From the NCBI GenBank assembly GCA_048013815.1, contig CM106586.1, positions 17,608,001 to 17,672,000 of the forward strand: a stretch of 64,000 nucleotides of DNA, in the 5' to 3' direction. Each line of letters begins with the position of its first letter. The first letter of the stretch is position 1. Below the pieces are notes generated by a model. It did not search any database. It worked only from the letters and a program-made list of their open reading frames with translations, and was not told the DNA's origin. Shown one piece after another: positions 62,040 to 64,000 of the stretch. Source of the DNA: Setoptus koraiensis. Taxonomy: Eukaryota > Animalia > Arthropoda. The position numbers were made by a program, and so were the translations under genes.

Positions 62040-62805
62040 CTTTGGGTGTAGTGCCTGGAGGAGGTAGTATTGATTTACATTCATTGCCTTCGGGTTTGTA
62101 ATTGCGACAGATCATATCAGGCATACGGGATAGAGCTCGTTTTAGGACTAGATTTACAAAATTGAGCGCTTCTTTTCCGCATTTCTTCTCAACGTGACTG
62201 CCAATACACGTCTCAAATCTGCGATATGTACAACAGCCTACTGGTATCCTTTTCTGCCAATTATCACCACCGAGAGTGAGAATCTCAAATGAGGCTTGTA
62301 AATCTTTTATACAAGCTTTCTGGTGGTTCTTTTGGGCACTGTTCAGACAAGTGGCATGCTTCAAGTAGGATTGACGAAGCGGTGTACCAGGTTTGCAATA
62401 CTCATCAAGTAGATCCATAGATCCTTCAGCCATAAAATTGACCATTTGTCGCTGTAATTGTGTCATACACCTTCCCGTGTAATTCTTCAAACAGTTGTCT
62501 GCCTCCCGCAGATAACCACATTGTTTGTTTAGATCGTTGTCACTAATGGCGAGGCCAGAGGGACTTTGAGTAAAGACAACCAATGTGGCGGCACATAAAT
62601 CTAGCTCTCTCAGATGGCATGATTGAGCGTCGATGCATGCTAAATAAACTTTGTATTGATGAAAATTTTATAGAATTTATGTAGCGAGACTGGTTAGTAA
62701 ACCGAATGATTGGAGGGATTTGAGCTATAATTGATATGCGCAAGATATGTATGACTTACCAATAAAGATGACGCAAACACAACTAAGCCCTAAAATTTTT
62801 TTCAT
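62040..62805 (-). CDS. Secreted Cys-rich helical protein of an uncharacterised chelicerate-type family; exons 62805-62760 and 62639-62040, terminal exon not resolved
   Basis: Spliced N-terminus MKKILGLSCVCVIFIACIDAQ-SCHLRELDLCAATL (signal peptide); CC.YRRFETC..CG pattern; GTAAG donors at 62759 and 62039. Confidence 0.75.
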
Positions 62806-63805
62806 TATAGTTCGTGGTGGAAAACAAAAATATAATGAATGATCTAACTTAAAACCACTTATAGTATTGAATGCGATCCTTGTTGTAGACTACTTTTTGA
62901 AGACTACTCTCAGCGCAAATTCTGATCTTTGGGTTATTCCGATGGCTTGAAAATGTCTCAATTGAACATTTTAAAATAATTTGAAAGTTTCTCTTGTTTC
63001 ATAGATATCTTTTTCTCGAATGACAAAAAGTCAATCTTAATATTAGAACGGAAAGAAACGTATCCTTTCTGGCGTGACTCCATTTCCCGTTTAGACTATA
63101 ACTTGCCTTCTGAGTCGGACTTGTACCACTTTCACTTATCAATATGTGGAAATGGTGCTTGTGCTACTGACCAAGTCTCCACTGTTACGATTGTCGAAGT
63201 TTATAACAAAACTACGAGACATAAACTCTGAGATTGAGTGCGATTAAGTCTCGTTTTAGTACAATTTTTTATCGAGTAGTTAAATACAAAAGGTGCCAAT
63301 GAAGTGAATGGGCGGTGCAAGTGTGAGTGAGCTAGAGGCAACCCACCAAAAGATAATGTCCATGGTTGACTGGACTCCAACTACTCTTTCCACCACTTCT
63401 TTACGGCATCAACTGTGACTAGAATGAATGTGGACTTTATCTGATACAATCAGCCTTTTCTTCAAATAACTTCGCGACTGTTACTGTAGTGTTATGAATA
63501 GAAAGTTAGCTTATGAGAATGCGAAAACAGATTACAATTTACAAGAATTTGATGTCGCAATAATGATACTGTTGATTAGCCCGTTTATACTGTATTAATA
63601 TCAACTAAACAGCAGCCTTGGTGCTAGATTTTGCCAAAATTACTTTGGCCAATCCAAATTTGCCGCCGTAAGGGCGAGTGAAAACATTGAAAATATCATA
63701 TGTTTTCGTATTTGGGAAGCATTCGCATCTCGTTAAACTTTACTGTTCTCTACGTGAAATATTTTATCCAATTATCATTATTCCAATCTATTGTATCTAA
63801 TTCTA

Positions 63806-64000
63806 ATGTCAATTAAAGGATTGGTTGATTATGAGTACAGCGACGATGACGACGAGTACGACCACGAGATCTCACCGAAGAGCCCCACGAAACCTAGCGA
63901 GGAGGCGGTAACTAGTGGTAACTCGAAAGCTATAGAAAAAAACTATGAACCAAAATCTAAATACGATGACGATGATCGCGATGATGAAGATGAAGACGAA
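63806..64000 (+). CDS. 5' part of an unidentified acidic protein running off the window end
   Basis: The ATG at 63806 opens MSIKGLVDYEYSDDDDEYD..DDDDRDDEDEDE with no stop before 64000; a GLVDY..SDDD start is typical of some nuclear RNA-processing proteins, but the identity is unknown. Confidence 0.6.
   Translation, partial: MSIKGLVDYEYSDDDDEYDHEISPKSPTKPSEEAVTSGNSKAIEKNYEPKSKYDDDDRDDEDEDE

Overview
Eukaryotic (arthropod) genomic DNA, most likely a compact, intron-poor acariform mite genome (eriophyoid-like; this is inference from intron scarcity, a DEDD-type Argonaute and a chelicerate-style Cys-rich secreted protein). The window has two very different compartments. (1) About 1-24,260 is GC/CpG-rich, low-complexity DNA with no recognisable protein. 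It is full of short tandem repeats built on transcription-factor-like motifs (CACCTG/TACCTG, CAGCTG, TGACAG, CCAAT), has at least 31 dispersed TTRCGYAA (C/EBP-PAR bZIP-type) octamers against about 1.5 expected, and has several fold-back elements. (2) About 25,300-64,000 is densely packed with genes: an intronless Argonaute (DEDD tetrad, Gln-rich N-terminus with WG repeats), CYLD, two tandem F-box/LRR paralogues (the first frameshifted near its C-terminus), an orphan secreted protein, CTNNBL1, a RabX1-like GTPase, E2F, WDR7, a solitary stem-loop histone H3, a PH+coiled-coil-only ORP10/11 homologue, MRPS35, DUS2, N6AMT1, a C-terminally truncated VPS72, COPS6, an amine oxidase with an altered FAD/aromatic-cage site, a Cys-rich secreted protein and an acidic ORF that runs off the end. 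I found no CRISPR array, rRNA, tRNA or intact transposon. All motif counts and alignments were done by eye; comparisons to reference proteins are from memory and need database confirmation.
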